Part shown: one piece after another, positions 28,177 to 40,252 of the stretch
Numbering within the stretch: position 1 is the stretch's first letter
How the letters are laid out: every line of letters begins with the position of its first letter
Source of the DNA: an uncultured Candidatus Saccharimonadales bacterium
GTDB lineage: Bacteria > Patescibacteriota > Saccharimonadia > UBA4664 > SCTI01
Reading direction: 5' to 3'
Assembly: GCA_964632435.1 (NCBI GenBank)
Contig: CAZWEJ010000001.1
Span: 1,052 to 65,051 of the forward strand
Length of the DNA: 64,000 bases
Translations under genes and position numbers: made by a program
The notes under the pieces: model-generated
Databases searched by the model: none
What the model was told of the DNA's origin: nothing
The model's input: the letters and a program-made list of their open reading frames with translations, nothing else

Positions 28177-28203
28177 TTAGCACTCTTGCATGTAGACTGC
28201 TAA
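28177..28203 (+). promoter_or_regulatory. CIRCE-like inverted repeat upstream of clpP
   Basis: TTAGCACTC-N9-GACTGCTAA, 17 of 18 matches to the CIRCE consensus with the canonical 9-nt spacer. Confidence 0.6.
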
Positions 28204-28259
28204 TTCGATAAAATACAAATACTGATTTTGTTCAAAACGTGACTTACAAAGGGGTGACT

Positions 28260-28865
28260 ATGACTAACCAGCGTAATCAAATACTTGTTCCAACCGTTCT
28301 CGAAAAAACCCATATGGGCGAGCGGGCCTACGATATTTATTCTCGTTTACTTAAGGACCGAATTATATTTGTCGGGACGGGAATTGACGATACTGTTGCG
28401 AATCTCGTTATCGCTCAGCTTCTCCATTTAGAGAACGAAGACCCCAAAAAAGATATTAAGATGTACATCAACTCTCCCGGCGGGTCGGTTTATGCTGGAA
28501 TGGCAATGATTGATACTATGAATTACATTAAGCCTGACGTATCGACGATCGCGATTGGGATGGCCGCCAGCATGGGCGCTGTAATGCTTGCAGCAGGCGC
28601 TAACGGTAAAAGATTTGCACTGCCCAATACAAAAATAATGATACATCAGGGCTCCGCGGGCTTTCAGGGTATGCCATCTGATATTGAAGTTACTGCTAGA
28701 GAAGTAATGGATATGCGCAAAAGATTAAGCGAAGAGCTCGCCGATGCGACAGGAAAACCCTATGATCAGATTATTAAGGACACCGACAGAGACTACTATA
28801 TGACCGCAAAAGAGGCCAAAGATTACGGCATAATTGACGGCGTAATTTCCCGTAACAACGTCTAA
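28260..28865 (+). CDS. clpP: ATP-dependent Clp protease proteolytic subunit
   Basis: Catalytic Ser (GMAASMGA) and His (MIHQ) contexts; RBS AAGGGG precedes the ATG at 28260. Confidence 0.95.
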   Translation: MTNQRNQILVPTVLEKTHMGERAYDIYSRLLKDRIIFVGTGIDDTVANLVIAQLLHLENEDPKKDIKMYINSPGGSVYAGMAMIDTMNYIKPDVSTIAIGMAASMGAVMLAAGANGKRFALPNTKIMIHQGSAGFQGMPSDIEVTAREVMDMRKRLSEELADATGKPYDQIIKDTDRDYYMTAKEAKDYGIIDGVISRNNV

Positions 28866-28876
28866 CATATAAAACC

Positions 28877-28893
28877 TGTTGACACATCTGTCA
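28877..28893 (+). promoter_or_regulatory. Palindromic TTGACA-N4-TGTCA promoter/operator element upstream of rpoB
   Basis: tgTTGACAcatcTGTCAt; the same element in inverted orientation occurs upstream of rplC at 44156-44172. Confidence 0.4.
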
Positions 28894-28932
28894 TTATCCT
28901 GCAAAATAGGCTCTAAGAGGAAGCTTAAATCA

Positions 28933-28960
28933 AAAGTAGGAGTGGGCCTACTTTGTTTTT
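28933..28960 (+). terminator. Rho-independent terminator after clpP
   Basis: aaagtagg-agtggg-cctacttt stem followed by gttttt. Confidence 0.55.
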
Positions 28961-29126
28961 GCGTGTAGGGCTCCCGTACTTGGATAGCTGGTGCAAGTGC
29001 GAAAGTTCTAGAAGGCAAAACTCATCAATCCACACCTTAAGGATTTAGATAAACCTCTTGATTATTACTCCAGACAGCACTGGGGAAAAGCGCTATATAA
29101 ACTTAATAATCAAGAAGGAGACGGTT

Positions 29127-32100
29127 TTGGCTCATACGACCCAGCGTCGATTCTTTAACAAAAACGAGGAAGTTCTTCAGCTTCCAAACCTCATCGAAAA
29201 CCAAATTAAGTCATTCGAGTGGTTTACCACCGAAGGTCTAACCGAGCTTTTCGCCGCCGTAAGCCCAATCGAGGACTTTACCGGTAAGTCTTTGGCGCTC
29301 TATTTTAAAGAGTTCCATTTTGAAGAGCCAAAGCTCGACGAGAAAACCGCTAAGATCAAAAATGCGACCTACGAGATTCCGTTGAAAGCAACGGTTGAGT
29401 TGGTTAACAAAGAAACTGGCGAAGTAAAAAGCCAGGAAATCTTCTTGGGAGATTACCCATGGATGACTCAGCGAGGCACCTTCATTATTAATGGTGTTGA
29501 GCGTGTTGTTGTCAGTCAGCTTGTTCGATCTCCAGGAGTATTCTTTACCGCCGAAAATGCCGGTGGTGATTTGCTCTACGGTGCCAAGGTTATTCCTGAT
29601 CGAGGCGCATGGCTTGAGTTTGATACCGCTGCTAATGGCGTAATTAGCGTAAAGATTGATCGTAAGCGAAAGATCCCTGTGACAACTTTGCTTCGTGCTT
29701 TCGGCTATACCGAGAATAAAGAGATCGAAAATCTATTCAAGGATGTAGATACTGGCGACATCAAATTCATCAAGGAAACACTTGATAAAGATGCCACCAG
29801 CAATATGAGTGAAGCTCTGATGGAGGTTTACCGACGCATCCGCCCAGGCGACCTCGCTACAGTTGAGAATTCAAAGACCCTTATTGAGGGAATGTTCTTT
29901 GACCCTAAGCGCTACGATTTCAGCAAAGTTGGTCGATTTAAGATCAACAAGCGACTTAAGCTTGATGTCGCAAACACTGTTGAGAATCGAATCTTCCGAC
30001 GCGAGGATCTCGTTGAGATTATCAAAGAGATTGTTCGCCTCAATAACGACCCAAATGCACGTCCAGATGATATCGATAACCTCGCAAACCGACGCCTTCG
30101 CAGCGTGGGCGAGCTTATTCAGGGTAAATTCCGTGTTGGACTGCTTCGAATGGAGCGCAACGTTAAAGACAGAATGTCGGTCTACGATCGAGAAACTGTT
30201 ACTCCTGGTCAGTTGATTAATGTTCGTCCTATTGTTGCTAGCGTTAAGGAATTCTTCGCTAGCTCGCAGCTCAGCCAGTTCATGAACCAAGTCAACCCGC
30301 TTGCAGAAATTGCTCATAAGCGACGTGTGACTGCTATGGGTTCGGGTGGTTTAAGCCGAGAGCGAGCCGGTTTTGAAGTTCGCGACGTTCACAGAAGCCA
30401 CTACGGCCGACTTTGCCCAATTGAGACCCCAGAAGGTCCAAACGTAGGACTGGTTTCTAACATGGCTAGCTATACTCGAGTAAACGAGTATGGTTTCCTA
30501 GAGACTCCTTATCGAAAAGTTGTGAACATGGTAAAGCCTGCTGATGCAGCGGGTCATATTGCGCGCTCAACCATCAAAGACGCCAAGGGCGCCGCTATCG
30601 TTAAGCCTGGCGACAAGATAAGCGAAGCTGATGCCAAGAAGCTCAGCAAGCTTGATGTTGAGACAATCCCTGTTAAAGCCCGAGTTACAAGCGAAGTTGT
30701 ATATATGGATGCAGCCGATGAAGCAGAAGCTGTAATTACCGAAGCAGCAACCAAGATTGATGACAACGGCTACTTTACAAATTCTCGTGTTCCTGTTCGA
30801 AAAGCTGGTGAAACTGTCGAATCAGACGCAAACCAAGTCCAGTACATGGACGTTTCAACTCGACAAATCGTATCCGTATCAACTGCGTTGATCCCATTCA
30901 TTGAGCACGACGATCCAAAGCGCGCATTGATGGGTGCAAACATGCAGAAACAAGCAGTTGCCCTGGTCAAGCCGCAGGCTCCAGTTGTTGGAACCGGTAT
31001 GGAGCAGGTTGTTGCTCGAGACTCAGCGCAAATTATTGCGGCTGAGGATAACGGTGAGGTTGTTAGCGCAACTGCTTCCGAAATCGTTGTTAAATATGCA
31101 AAGCTTGGCGAAAAGCGCTACGAGTTAACAAAGTTTGCACGAAGTAACGAAGGAACCAGCGTCAACCAAAAGGTTGTGGTTTCAAGCGGCGACAAGGTAA
31201 AGAAGGGTGATCTTCTTGCTGATGGTATGTCGACCGAGGACGGAGAATTGGCATTGGGTCAGAATGTTCTCGTAGCTTTCATGAGCTGGGGAGGTTACAA
31301 CTTTGAGGATGCCATCATCATCAGTCAACGACTGGTACATGATGATCGCTACAGCTCAATTCATATCGAAACCCACACATTTGATGTTCGAGATACCAAG
31401 CTAGGACCAGAAATTGTAACTCGCGATATTCCTAACGTAAGTGAGGATAGCCTAAAGGATCTTGATGAGGCAGGAATTGTTCGAATCGGCGCAGAGGTAT
31501 CTGCGGGAGACATTCTTGTTGGAAAGATCACTCCAAAGGGCGAGCAGGAGCTTTCCAGTGAGGAGCGGCTTCTTCGAGCAATCTTTGGAGAGAAGGCTCG
31601 TGATGTAAAAGACACCAGTCTGCGAATGCCAAACGGTGAGCGCGGAAAAGTTGTTGGCGTAAAGATCTTTAGCCGAGAGAATGGCGATGAGCTTTCTGCA
31701 GGAGTTATTGAGCAGTACCACGTATCGGTTGCTCAAATGCGCAAGATTAGCGCCGGTGACAAGATGGCCGGACGACACGGTAACAAGGGTGTTGTAGCTC
31801 GAATCGTTCCAGTTGAGGATATGCCTTACATGGAAGACGGTACACCAGTTGATATCATCCTCAACCCACTTGGAGTTAGCGCTCGTATGAACATCGGTCA
31901 GGTATTTGAGACCCATATGGGTCTGGCCGCTCAAGCCCTTGGTTACAAGGTTGCTACACCAGTGTTCAACGGTGTTTCAATTAATCAGGTTAAAGATGAG
32001 CTCAAGAAAGCTGGCTATGCCGAAGACGGAAAGATGCAGTTGTTTGACGGTAAGACCGGTGAGGCATTCCAGGAACGAACAACCGTTGGTTACAAGTACA

Positions 32101-32642
32101 TGTTGAAGCTCGACCACATGGTTGACGATAAGCTTCATGCTCGATCAACTGGTCCATACGCCATGGTCACTCAACAGCCACTCGGTGGTAAAGCCCAGCG
32201 TGGTGGACAGCGATTCGGAGAAATGGAAGTTTGGGCGCTCGAAGCATACGGTGCCGCGAATACACTTCAGGAAATACTGACAATTAAGTCGGACGATGTT
32301 GTTGGACGATCAAAAGCCTATGAGGCGATCATTAAGGCTGAGGAAATCCGAGGACCACGTATCCCTGAGAGCTTCAATGTTTTGGTCAAGGAACTACAGA
32401 GTTTAGGTTTAGGGGTTGATCTCCTTACAGAAGGAGCTGAAGAACAGGAAGTTGATGCCGAAAGCGTACTTGCTCATGAGACTCACGAAGAGGCAAATGA
32501 GCTTGGTGATGACAAATTAATTCAAGGCGAAGACGCCGTAGCTGATATGCCGCTAGTTGATCTGGCCGGCGGTCAAGAGGACCAGCTCCAGGCAGAAGCA
32601 GAGGCTGCTGAAGAAACAGTAGCCGCGGAGCAGGAGGCGTAA
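29127..32642 (+). CDS. rpoB: DNA-directed RNA polymerase subunit beta
   Basis: A TTG start at 29127 preceded by AAGGAG is preferred over the longer ORF starting at 29058. Conserved beta-subunit motifs throughout; acidic C-terminal tail. Confidence 0.95.
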   Translation: MAHTTQRRFFNKNEEVLQLPNLIENQIKSFEWFTTEGLTELFAAVSPIEDFTGKSLALYFKEFHFEEPKLDEKTAKIKNATYEIPLKATVELVNKETGEVKSQEIFLGDYPWMTQRGTFIINGVERVVVSQLVRSPGVFFTAENAGGDLLYGAKVIPDRGAWLEFDTAANGVISVKIDRKRKIPVTTLLRAFGYTENKEIENLFKDVDTGDIKFIKETLDKDATSNMSEALMEVYRRIRPGDLATVENSKTLIEGMFFDPKRYDFSKVGRFKINKRLKLDVANTVENRIFRREDLVEIIKEIVRLNNDPNARPDDIDNLANRRLRSVGELIQGKFRVGLLRMERNVKDRMSVYDRETVTPGQLINVRPIVASVKEFFASSQLSQFMNQVNPLAEIAHKRRVTAMGSGGLSRERAGFEVRDVHRSHYGRLCPIETPEGPNVGLVSNMASYTRVNEYGFLETPYRKVVNMVKPADAAGHIARSTIKDAKGAAIVKPGDKISEADAKKLSKLDVETIPVKARVTSEVVYMDAADEAEAVITEAATKIDDNGYFTNSRVPVRKAGETVESDANQVQYMDVSTRQIVSVSTALIPFIEHDDPKRALMGANMQKQAVALVKPQAPVVGTGMEQVVARDSAQIIAAEDNGEVVSATASEIVVKYAKLGEKRYELTKFARSNEGTSVNQKVVVSSGDKVKKGDLLADGMSTEDGELALGQNVLVAFMSWGGYNFEDAIIISQRLVHDDRYSSIHIETHTFDVRDTKLGPEIVTRDIPNVSEDSLKDLDEAGIVRIGAEVSAGDILVGKITPKGEQELSSEERLLRAIFGEKARDVKDTSLRMPNGERGKVVGVKIFSRENGDELSAGVIEQYHVSVAQMRKISAGDKMAGRHGNKGVVARIVPVEDMPYMEDGTPVDIILNPLGVSARMNIGQVFETHMGLAAQALGYKVATPVFNGVSINQVKDELKKAGYAEDGKMQLFDGKTGEAFQERTTVGYKYMLKLDHMVDDKLHARSTGPYAMVTQQPLGGKAQRGGQRFGEMEVWALEAYGAANTLQEILTIKSDDVVGRSKAYEAIIKAEEIRGPRIPESFNVLVKELQSLGLGVDLLTEGAEEQEVDAESVLAHETHEEANELGDDKLIQGEDAVADMPLVDLAGGQEDQLQAEAEAAEETVAAEQEA

Positions 32643-32643
32643 A

Positions 32644-35600
32644 ATGGAGAAGACTTTGGAACATACAGGAACAGAATTTAACGCAGTTCGCCTAAGTCTG
32701 GCGAGCCCAAAGCAAATTCTTGATTGGTCACACGGCGAGATTACTAAGCCAGAAACCATCAACTATCGAACTCAGAAGCCAGAAAAAGACGGTTTGTTCT
32801 GCGAAAGAATCTTTGGACCAACTAAGGACTGGGAGTGCTATTGCGGTAAGTACAAGCGAATCAGATACAAGGATGTTGTTTGTGATAAGTGTGGTGTACG
32901 CGTTACGCGAAGTATTGTTCGACGAGAGCGAATGGGCCACATCAGCCTTGCCGTACCTGTAACTCACATCTGGTTCTTGCGAGGTACTCCAAGTTCAATT
33001 GGATTGGTCCTCAATATGAGCATTCGCGATCTTGAGCGAGTTGCATACTTTGCCAACTACGTTGTTACAGAAGTTGATGACGACCGCCGAAAAGCGGCAA
33101 TAGCTGATTTGGAAGCAGACTATAAGGGCCGAATGAACGACATTGTTAAAGATCACGAAAAGAAGGCTGGCGAGAAAGACGCCGACGTTAAAGAAGTTGC
33201 AGCAGCTCAGACACGTGAACTCAACGACCTTGAGGCTAGTTACGAGAGCGCAAAGAGCGAACTAGAAGGTCTTGCCCGACTTACTCTTTTAACGGAGTCC
33301 AAGTATCGTGACCTGAACCTTAAGTACGGTGATGTATTTAAGGCTGATATTGGCGCAGAAGCCATTCGTAACCTCCTTACCGAGATTGATGTAGATAAGC
33401 TTGTTGAAGAGCTTACAAAGGAAGCCGAAGAGTCGGTTGGGCAGAAGAAAAAGAAGACCCTAAAGAGACTTAAGATGCTTGAAGGTCTAAGAAATGCCGG
33501 AATTCGTCCCGAGTGGATGGTTATGACCGAGCTCCCTGTAATTCCACCAGATCTACGACCAATGGTTCAGCTCGCGGGTGGTCGATTCGCCGCCTCTGAC
33601 CTCAATGACCTTTATCGGCGCGTTATCAACCGAAATAACCGCTTGAAGCGACTTATTGAGCTCGATGCGCCAGAAGTTATTCGCCGAAACGAAAAGCGAA
33701 TGCTCCAGGAGGCAGTCGACGCCTTAATCGATAACAATGCCCGACGTGAGCGCGCAGTCTCCAGCACGGGAACTCGCCGCAAGCTTAAGAGCCTCAGCGA
33801 CATGCTCAAGGGTAAGCAGGGCCGTTTCCGCCAGAACCTCCTTGGAAAGCGCGTTGACTACTCTGGACGATCAGTTATTGTTGCCGGTCCAACTCTAAAG
33901 ATCTACGAATGTGGTCTTCCTAAGATGATGGCTCTTGAGCTGTTCAAGCCATTCGTTATGTCCAAGCTTATCGAAGAGGGTCACGCTCATAACGTTAAGA
34001 GCGCTGGCCGAATGATTGAGCGAGCTCGAACAGAAGTTTGGGACGCACTCGAAGAGATCATTAAGGAAAAGCATGTTCTTCTTAACCGTGCGCCAACCCT
34101 TCACCGACTCGGAATCCAGGCGTTTAAGCCGGTTTTGATCGAAGGTAAGGCAATTCAGCTACATCCGCTCGTATGTTCTGCCTTCAACGCAGACTTCGAT
34201 GGTGACCAGATGGCTGTCCACGTTCCATTAAGCGATGCTGCCCAAAAAGAGGCTCGTGAGATCATGCTTGCATCCCACAACCTATTGAAGCCAGCTGATG
34301 GCGCCGCGGTAGTTAATCCAAGCCAGGATATGGTTCTTGGTTGCTACTACCTAACTTACGATAAGTTTAAAGACGAGAAGCCAGTTAAGAACTTCACTGA
34401 CAAGAATGAGGCAATTTACGCCCTAGATACGGGAGTAATTAACCTTCAGTCTAAGATTACTGTTCCTATTGAAGGTGAACGACTAGAAACAACCGTCGGT
34501 CGAATCCTGTTCAACAATTTGATGCCAGATGAGATTGAGTTCCGAAACGAAACTATGACCAAGAAGAAGCTGCAAGCTCTTGTAGCAGAAATCTTCGTTA
34601 AGTCTGGCCCTGAGGCAACTGCTAAGGTTGTTGATGACATCAAAGACCTTGGGTTCAAGCACGCTACAAACAGTGGTATCTCAATCGGTATCGATGACTT
34701 CATCGTTCCAGGTAACAAGCAGGAGCTCATTGACCAAGGTGAAAACCAGGTCGTTGAGATCAGCCAGCAGTATGAGATGGGCTTGATTACAGAGGATGAG
34801 CGCTACCGAAGAACTATTGAAGCGTGGCAGAAGACCAACGATGAAATTCGATCTGAGCTAGAATCAACTCTTGATGAGGCAACCATTGGATTGTTCGTAG
34901 AGTCAGGCGCTCGCGGTGACCTGAGCCAGGTTAACCAGATCTCCGGTATGTTGGGACTTGTAAACAACCCAACCGGCCGAATCATTGAGTTGCCAGTCCG
35001 CTCAAACTACAAAGAAGGTTTTTCAACTCTCGAGTACTTCAGCTCAACCCACGGTGCAAGAAAGGGTCTAACCGACACTGCTCTTAGAACCGCTGAGTCA
35101 GGCTACCTAACCCGTCGCTTGGTAGACGTTTCGCAAGACGTTATCGTTACCGAACTCGACTGTGGCGACAAAGAAGGTAACCTTATCAACCGAGTTGAAT
35201 CTGCAGCCATGGGTGAGGGCTTTGCCGCTCGACTCGCCGGACGCTTTGCTGCTAAAGACATCAAGGTTGATGGTAAGACAATCGTTAAGGCTCGTAATTT
35301 AATTACTGATGAGATCGCCAATGAGATCGTTGAGAGCTCGGTTGAGGAGGTCTCAGTTCGATCGGTGCTTAAATGTAAGACCCAATGGGGTATCTGCCAG
35401 AAGTGTTACGGTGTTGACCTAGCCCGTGGCCAGATCGTTAAGATGGGTGAACCAGTAGGCGTTATCGCCGCTCAGTCAATCGGTGAGCCAGGAACTCAGC
35501 TAACCATGCGTACCTTCCACAAGGGTGTGGCCGCGACAGGAGCCGACATTACTCAAGGTCTACCTCGAGTTGAAGAAATCTTTGAAGCCCGTTCGCCTAA

Positions 35601-36522
35601 GGGACAGGCAATCCTAGCCGAAGCTGATGGCGTTGTAAGCGTCAAAGAAAGTGGCGGTAAGACGATTATTCGTGTAACCCCTGCCAACTTGAAGATTACT
35701 GAATACGAGCTTGGTGAGAGGATCCCAGAAGTTAAGACCGGCGATAAGGTTCTGCCAGGAGATATCATGGCAGCCGACGGTAAAGGCAAGAAGGCTCTCA
35801 AAGCTAAGGCTGAAGGTACTGTTGAAGTAACCAAGACCAAGATTTTGCTCACCCATGCAGGTGGAGCACATCGAGATCACACGGTTCCTGCTTATCAGGC
35901 AGTTGAGGTCAAGAATGGCGACCTTGTTGTACGAGGTCAGCGTTTAACCGAAGGTTCAATCAACCTTCAAGACATGCTTACTCTTCTTGGGGAAGAGGCA
36001 GTTCAGCGATATATCGTTTCCGAAGTTCAGTCTATCTACGCTTCACAGGGTCAGGCTATTGCTGATAAGCACATCGAGATCATCATTCGACAGATGTTCT
36101 CACGTGTACAGATTGAGGACCCAGGCGACAGCTTGTTTGTAACCGGCGACATCGTCAGTAAGGTAAGCGTCGTTGAAGAAAATGAAGAGCTATCAGCTGC
36201 TGGCAAAAAGCCTGCAACATACGAGCAGCTCTTACTCCCAATCACTAAGATTTCAATCTCGTCAGATTCGTTCCTTAGCGCTGCAAGCTTTCAGGACACC
36301 AGTCGTGTACTGATTGCAGCAGCAATCCGAGGTAAGCTCGATAAGCTCCGCGGCTTGAAGGAGAACGTGATCATCGGTCGATTGATCCCAGTTGGAACCG
36401 GATTTAAAGACGATGATGAGGTGGAAGAGGTTAAAGAGCCGGTAGCCGTCGGTGCAGAGACCGATGCGCAAGCTGGATTATCTAGCAGCGACCCAGATCA
36501 ACAGATTGACGAGAAAGAATAA
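32644..36522 (+). CDS. rpoC: DNA-directed RNA polymerase subunit beta'
   Basis: Zinc-binding CxxC...CxxC N-terminus and the NADFDGD catalytic motif. Confidence 0.95.
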   Translation: MEKTLEHTGTEFNAVRLSLASPKQILDWSHGEITKPETINYRTQKPEKDGLFCERIFGPTKDWECYCGKYKRIRYKDVVCDKCGVRVTRSIVRRERMGHISLAVPVTHIWFLRGTPSSIGLVLNMSIRDLERVAYFANYVVTEVDDDRRKAAIADLEADYKGRMNDIVKDHEKKAGEKDADVKEVAAAQTRELNDLEASYESAKSELEGLARLTLLTESKYRDLNLKYGDVFKADIGAEAIRNLLTEIDVDKLVEELTKEAEESVGQKKKKTLKRLKMLEGLRNAGIRPEWMVMTELPVIPPDLRPMVQLAGGRFAASDLNDLYRRVINRNNRLKRLIELDAPEVIRRNEKRMLQEAVDALIDNNARRERAVSSTGTRRKLKSLSDMLKGKQGRFRQNLLGKRVDYSGRSVIVAGPTLKIYECGLPKMMALELFKPFVMSKLIEEGHAHNVKSAGRMIERARTEVWDALEEIIKEKHVLLNRAPTLHRLGIQAFKPVLIEGKAIQLHPLVCSAFNADFDGDQMAVHVPLSDAAQKEAREIMLASHNLLKPADGAAVVNPSQDMVLGCYYLTYDKFKDEKPVKNFTDKNEAIYALDTGVINLQSKITVPIEGERLETTVGRILFNNLMPDEIEFRNETMTKKKLQALVAEIFVKSGPEATAKVVDDIKDLGFKHATNSGISIGIDDFIVPGNKQELIDQGENQVVEISQQYEMGLITEDERYRRTIEAWQKTNDEIRSELESTLDEATIGLFVESGARGDLSQVNQISGMLGLVNNPTGRIIELPVRSNYKEGFSTLEYFSSTHGARKGLTDTALRTAESGYLTRRLVDVSQDVIVTELDCGDKEGNLINRVESAAMGEGFAARLAGRFAAKDIKVDGKTIVKARNLITDEIANEIVESSVEEVSVRSVLKCKTQWGICQKCYGVDLARGQIVKMGEPVGVIAAQSIGEPGTQLTMRTFHKGVAATGADITQGLPRVEEIFEARSPKGQAILAEADGVVSVKESGGKTIIRVTPANLKITEYELGERIPEVKTGDKVLPGDIMAADGKGKKALKAKAEGTVEVTKTKILLTHAGGAHRDHTVPAYQAVEVKNGDLVVRGQRLTEGSINLQDMLTLLGEEAVQRYIVSEVQSIYASQGQAIADKHIEIIIRQMFSRVQIEDPGDSLFVTGDIVSKVSVVEENEELSAAGKKPATYEQLLLPITKISISSDSFLSAASFQDTSRVLIAAAIRGKLDKLRGLKENVIIGRLIPVGTGFKDDDEVEEVKEPVAVGAETDAQAGLSSSDPDQQIDEKE

Positions 36523-36556
36523 ATCTGATTAACTAGTTAGGTCTAAGGAAACATAC

Positions 36557-36973
36557 ATGCCGACAATCAACCAATTAATTCGCAAACCACGCAAGGATAA
36601 GCCAAGAAAGTCAAACACACCGGCCCTTGGTAAAAACCTCAATGCGCTCAAGAGCAAGACTTATTCACAGTCTTCTCCTCTTAAGCGTGGTGTTTGCACC
36701 AAAGTCTCGACTACTACTCCTAAGAAGCCAAACTCGGCTTTAAGGAAGATTGCTCGTGTCCGGTTGACCAACGGCATGGAAGTTACCGCCTACATCGGTG
36801 GTGAAGGCCATAACCTTCAAGAGCACAGCGTTGTATTGATCCGTGGAGGTCGTGTAAAGGACCTTCCTGGTGTTCGATACCATATCGTACGCGGTGCTCT
36901 TGATACCGCCGGTGTTGGGAACCGTAAGCAAGGCCGAAGTAAGTACGGCACTAAGAAAGCTAAAAGCGAATAA
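36557..36973 (+). CDS. rpsL: 30S ribosomal protein S12
   Basis: [13 protein letters not shown]... Confidence 0.97.
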   Translation: MPTINQLIRKPRKDKPRKSNTPALGKNLNALKSKTYSQSSPLKRGVCTKVSTTTPKKPNSALRKIARVRLTNGMEVTAYIGGEGHNLQEHSVVLIRGGRVKDLPGVRYHIVRGALDTAGVGNRKQGRSKYGTKKAKSE

Positions 36974-37040
36974 TTAAAGCATGACAGCCCTCCGGCTTTT
37001 GGTCCGGGGTTAGGGCAGTATCGAGAAGGAGAAGAAGCTC

Positions 37041-37517
37041 ATGCCAAGAAAAAAGACTAAATCATTTAAGCGCGATATCACTCCTGATATCAAGTACAAC
37101 AACGTTATGGTTGCTCGTATGATTAACAAGATTATGCGAAGTGGTAAAAAACGACTCGCCGAGGGGTTGATGTATGGCGCTATGGAAGAGATTCAAACAA
37201 AGCTCAAGACTGAACCAGTTGAAGTTTTTGAGCAGGCAATTAAAAACGTATCCCCGCAAGTTCAAGTTCGAGCTAAGCGTATAGGTGGAGCAACCTACCA
37301 GGTTCCGATGGAAGTTCGCGGCGACCGCAAGCTTCACCTTGCGATGACCTGGATTTTGACGGCTGCTAGAAGCAAATCAGGTAAATCATTCGATAAACTC
37401 CTTGCTCAAGAATTGATGGACGCCTACAACAATCAGGGTGATGCTATCAAGAAGAAAGAGGATACTCACAAGATGGCCGAAGCCAACAAGGCATTCGCTC
37501 ACTTTGCGCGATACTAA
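37041..37517 (+). CDS. rpsG: 30S ribosomal protein S7
   Basis: Conserved S7 sequence; str operon order. Confidence 0.97.
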   Translation: MPRKKTKSFKRDITPDIKYNNVMVARMINKIMRSGKKRLAEGLMYGAMEEIQTKLKTEPVEVFEQAIKNVSPQVQVRAKRIGGATYQVPMEVRGDRKLHLAMTWILTAARSKSGKSFDKLLAQELMDAYNNQGDAIKKKEDTHKMAEANKAFAHFARY

Positions 37518-37535
37518 ACTAAGAGTAGGAAAGAA

Positions 37536-39617
37536 ATGGCACGAGATTATAGCTTAGAAAGAACTCGAAATATTGGCATCATCGCCCACATTGATGCTGG
37601 TAAAACTACTGTAACCGAGGGCATCCTCTATCGAACCGGACGCGTCCACAAGATTGGTGAAGTCCATGAAGGTGAGGCAACAATGGACTGGATGGAGCAA
37701 GAGCGCGAGCGAGGTATCACTATTACCTCTGCGGCTACTACTTGTTTCTGGAATGAGCACCGGATCAACATTATCGATACTCCGGGCCACATCGACTTTA
37801 CAGTTGAGGTCGAGCGCTCGTTGCGAGTTCTCGACGGTGCAGTAACCGTTTTCGACGGCAAGATGGGCGTGGAGCCACAGAGTGAAACCGTTTGGCGACA
37901 GGCTGACAAGTACGGCGTGCCTCGCATCTGCTTTATCAATAAGATCAACCAAACTGGTGGGGACTTCTACAAGAGCCTCGAAAGCATCCATGAGCGACTA
38001 AGCAAGCGTGCGTATGCGATTCACCTTCCGATCGGTTTCGAGCAGGAAATCAATGGAATTGTCGACCTTGTTGAGATGAAGGCTTACACCTACAAGAACT
38101 ACACCGATAAGACTCTAACTGAAACTGAAATTCCAGCCGATATGAAGGAAAAGGCTGAGCGATACCGAAACCATCTAATTGAAGCAGCGGTTGAAGCCGA
38201 TGATGCCATGATGGAAAAATATCTTGAAGGCAACGAACTCTCGATTGATGAGCTAAAAATGCTCATCCGCAAAAGCGTTCTTTCAGGTGAATTTTATGCT
38301 GTCTCTGGTGGCGATGGTCGCGGAGTTATAGTTGAGAAACTTCTTGATGCTGTTGTTGATTACCTTCCAAGCCCGCTTGATGTCCCGGCAGTAACTGGAA
38401 CTGATCCAAAGACTGGTGATACTATCGAGCGAAAAGCTAGCGATGAAGAGCCATTTTCAGCACTTGCCTTTAAGATTGCAACCGACCCATTCGTAGGTAA
38501 GCTTGCCTTCTTCCGAGTGTATTCAGGAACGATAAAATCAGGCTCCTATATTCTGAACTCAAGCACAGGCGAAAAAGAGCGTGTCGGGCGAATTCTTCGA
38601 ATGCACGCTAACTCACGAGAAGAAGTTCAAGAGGTGTTTGCAGGTGAAATTGCTGCCGCTGTTGGCCTCAAGGGCACTACTACAGGTAACACATTGAGTG
38701 AGCAGTCAAAGCCAATCATTCTTGAATCAATTACCTTCCCAGAGCCAGTTATCCAGATAGCAATCGAGCCTAAGACAAAAGCCGACCAGGAAAAGATGAG
38801 TATTGCGCTCCAGAGATTAGCCGAAGAAGATCCAACCTTCCGAGTTTCAACCAACCACGAGACGGGTCAAACCTTGATCGCCGGTATGGGTGAGCTTCAT
38901 CTCGACATCATCGTTGATCGCATGAAGCGCGAGTTTAAAGTTGAAGCCAACGTCGGTCGACCCCAAGTTGCATATCGAGAAACTATTCGAAAACCCGCTC
39001 AGGTCGAAGGAAAGTTTGTTCGACAGTCAGGTGGTCGTGGTCAGTATGGACACGTTTGGCTTGAGCTTACTCCTCAAGAGCCTGGTGCCGGGTTTGAATT
39101 CGAAAACGCCATTGTTGGTGGAGTTGTACCTAGAGAGTACATCAAGCCAGTTGAAGAGGGCGTCAAAGAAGCTATGAACAATGGAGTTCTTGCTGGTTAC
39201 CCAGTAGTTGACCTTAAGGCGAAACTTTACGATGGTTCATATCACGATGTTGACTCAAGCGAAATGGCCTTCAAGATTGCTGGTTCAATGGCACTTCAAG
39301 AGGGTGTTCGTAAGGGAGACCCAGCTTTACTAGAGCCTGTTATGAAGGTTGAAGTAACAACACCAGAGGAGTTCATGGGCGATGTCATCGGTGACCTAAA
39401 CAGTAAACGCGGTCGTGTTCAAGAGATGACCGATCGTGGTCAGGCCAAAGTTGTAAGCGCATTTGTGCCGTTAGCCGAGATGTTTGGGTACACCACTACC
39501 CTTCGATCAATGACTCAAGGTCGTGCAGCAAACTCAATGGAGTTTGACCACTATGCCGAAGTGCCACCAAATGTAGCTCAGGAGATTATCGGTAAACACG
39601 CTGCTGCAAAAGCTTAA
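37536..39617 (+). CDS. fusA: Elongation factor G
   Basis: GTPase motifs AHIDAGKTT and DTPGHIDF, domains II-V. Confidence 0.97.
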   Translation: MARDYSLERTRNIGIIAHIDAGKTTVTEGILYRTGRVHKIGEVHEGEATMDWMEQERERGITITSAATTCFWNEHRINIIDTPGHIDFTVEVERSLRVLDGAVTVFDGKMGVEPQSETVWRQADKYGVPRICFINKINQTGGDFYKSLESIHERLSKRAYAIHLPIGFEQEINGIVDLVEMKAYTYKNYTDKTLTETEIPADMKEKAERYRNHLIEAAVEADDAMMEKYLEGNELSIDELKMLIRKSVLSGEFYAVSGGDGRGVIVEKLLDAVVDYLPSPLDVPAVTGTDPKTGDTIERKASDEEPFSALAFKIATDPFVGKLAFFRVYSGTIKSGSYILNSSTGEKERVGRILRMHANSREEVQEVFAGEIAAAVGLKGTTTGNTLSEQSKPIILESITFPEPVIQIAIEPKTKADQEKMSIALQRLAEEDPTFRVSTNHETGQTLIAGMGELHLDIIVDRMKREFKVEANVGRPQVAYRETIRKPAQVEGKFVRQSGGRGQYGHVWLELTPQEPGAGFEFENAIVGGVVPREYIKPVEEGVKEAMNNGVLAGYPVVDLKAKLYDGSYHDVDSSEMAFKIAGSMALQEGVRKGDPALLEPVMKVEVTTPEEFMGDVIGDLNSKRGRVQEMTDRGQAKVVSAFVPLAEMFGYTTTLRSMTQGRAANSMEFDHYAEVPPNVAQEIIGKHAAAKA

Positions 39618-39643
39618 GACAAAAAGATATCCCAAATAACTAA

Positions 39644-39670
39644 ATCGGCCTTCACCGGCCGATTTTGTTA
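39644..39670 (+). terminator. Rho-independent terminator after fusA
   Basis: atcggcc-ttcacc-ggccgat stem followed by tttgtta; a TATACT -10-like hexamer follows. Confidence 0.65.
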
Positions 39671-39700
39671 TACTGACCTTGTCCTACAAAGGAGGCTTTT

Positions 39701-40033
39701 TTGATTACGCCCTTAGAGGAGTTCGACTGGGAAGAGATTTTTGCCGAGCTGGCTAGAAACCACCTGGTTTCACAAGATCAGGCCATTAGGCTCACATCTT
39801 CCAGGGCTACCTCAACTGGGAAAATCTATACGCTCTGCTGCTTTCATGACGAAAGAACTCCTTCGTTGGTGTTCTGGCCAAACTCGGGGTTCAAGTGCCA
39901 CGGGTGCGGCGAATGCGGGCGCAGCAAGCTGGACTTTCTCGAATGCCTTGGCATTTCCGAAAAAGAGATCGATCTAATGGTCGATTCCATCAACTCAAGG
40001 TCGGTCAATCAAAACCAACTCAGGCTTCTTTGA
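39701..40033 (+). CDS. Stand-alone CHC2-type (DnaG primase-like) zinc-finger protein, 110 aa
   Basis: TTG start with RBS AAAGGAGG. The motif CCFHDERTPSLVF...FKCHGCGECG matches the zf-CHC2 signature (CPFHxExTPSF...FxCFGCGxxG). No TOPRIM domain is attached. Confidence 0.6.
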   Translation: MITPLEEFDWEEIFAELARNHLVSQDQAIRLTSSRATSTGKIYTLCCFHDERTPSLVFWPNSGFKCHGCGECGRSKLDFLECLGISEKEIDLMVDSINSRSVNQNQLRLL

Positions 40034-40252
40034 ACCGCCTCTATTTAATTAGGGGCGGTTCCAAATTGATAACCCAACCTCAACCCTTTACAAAGCGTAA
40101 ATTACTCCTTATACTAGTAAAGTCCAAATCAGGGCGAATATTTTTATGCCCAAAAAATATTAATTAAAGTTTCATTTTAGATAGCTGACCCGTTCGGCCC
40201 GCCCTGAAAACAGGGTTAACAATCTGAAATGAAACAAATAAAAGGAGAACGA

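Noticed and set aside
29871-31934. Antisense ORFs of 148 and 160 aa nested inside rpoB, and similar ones inside rpoC, fusA and dnaE
   Set aside because: They lie within highly conserved genes on the opposite strand, with no RBS and non-protein-like composition.
36974-37040. Small ccgg-cttttggt-ccgg hairpin between rpsL and rpsG as a regulatory element
   Set aside because: The stem is very short and palindromic (CCGG sites); it is consistent with an ordinary intercistronic spacer.
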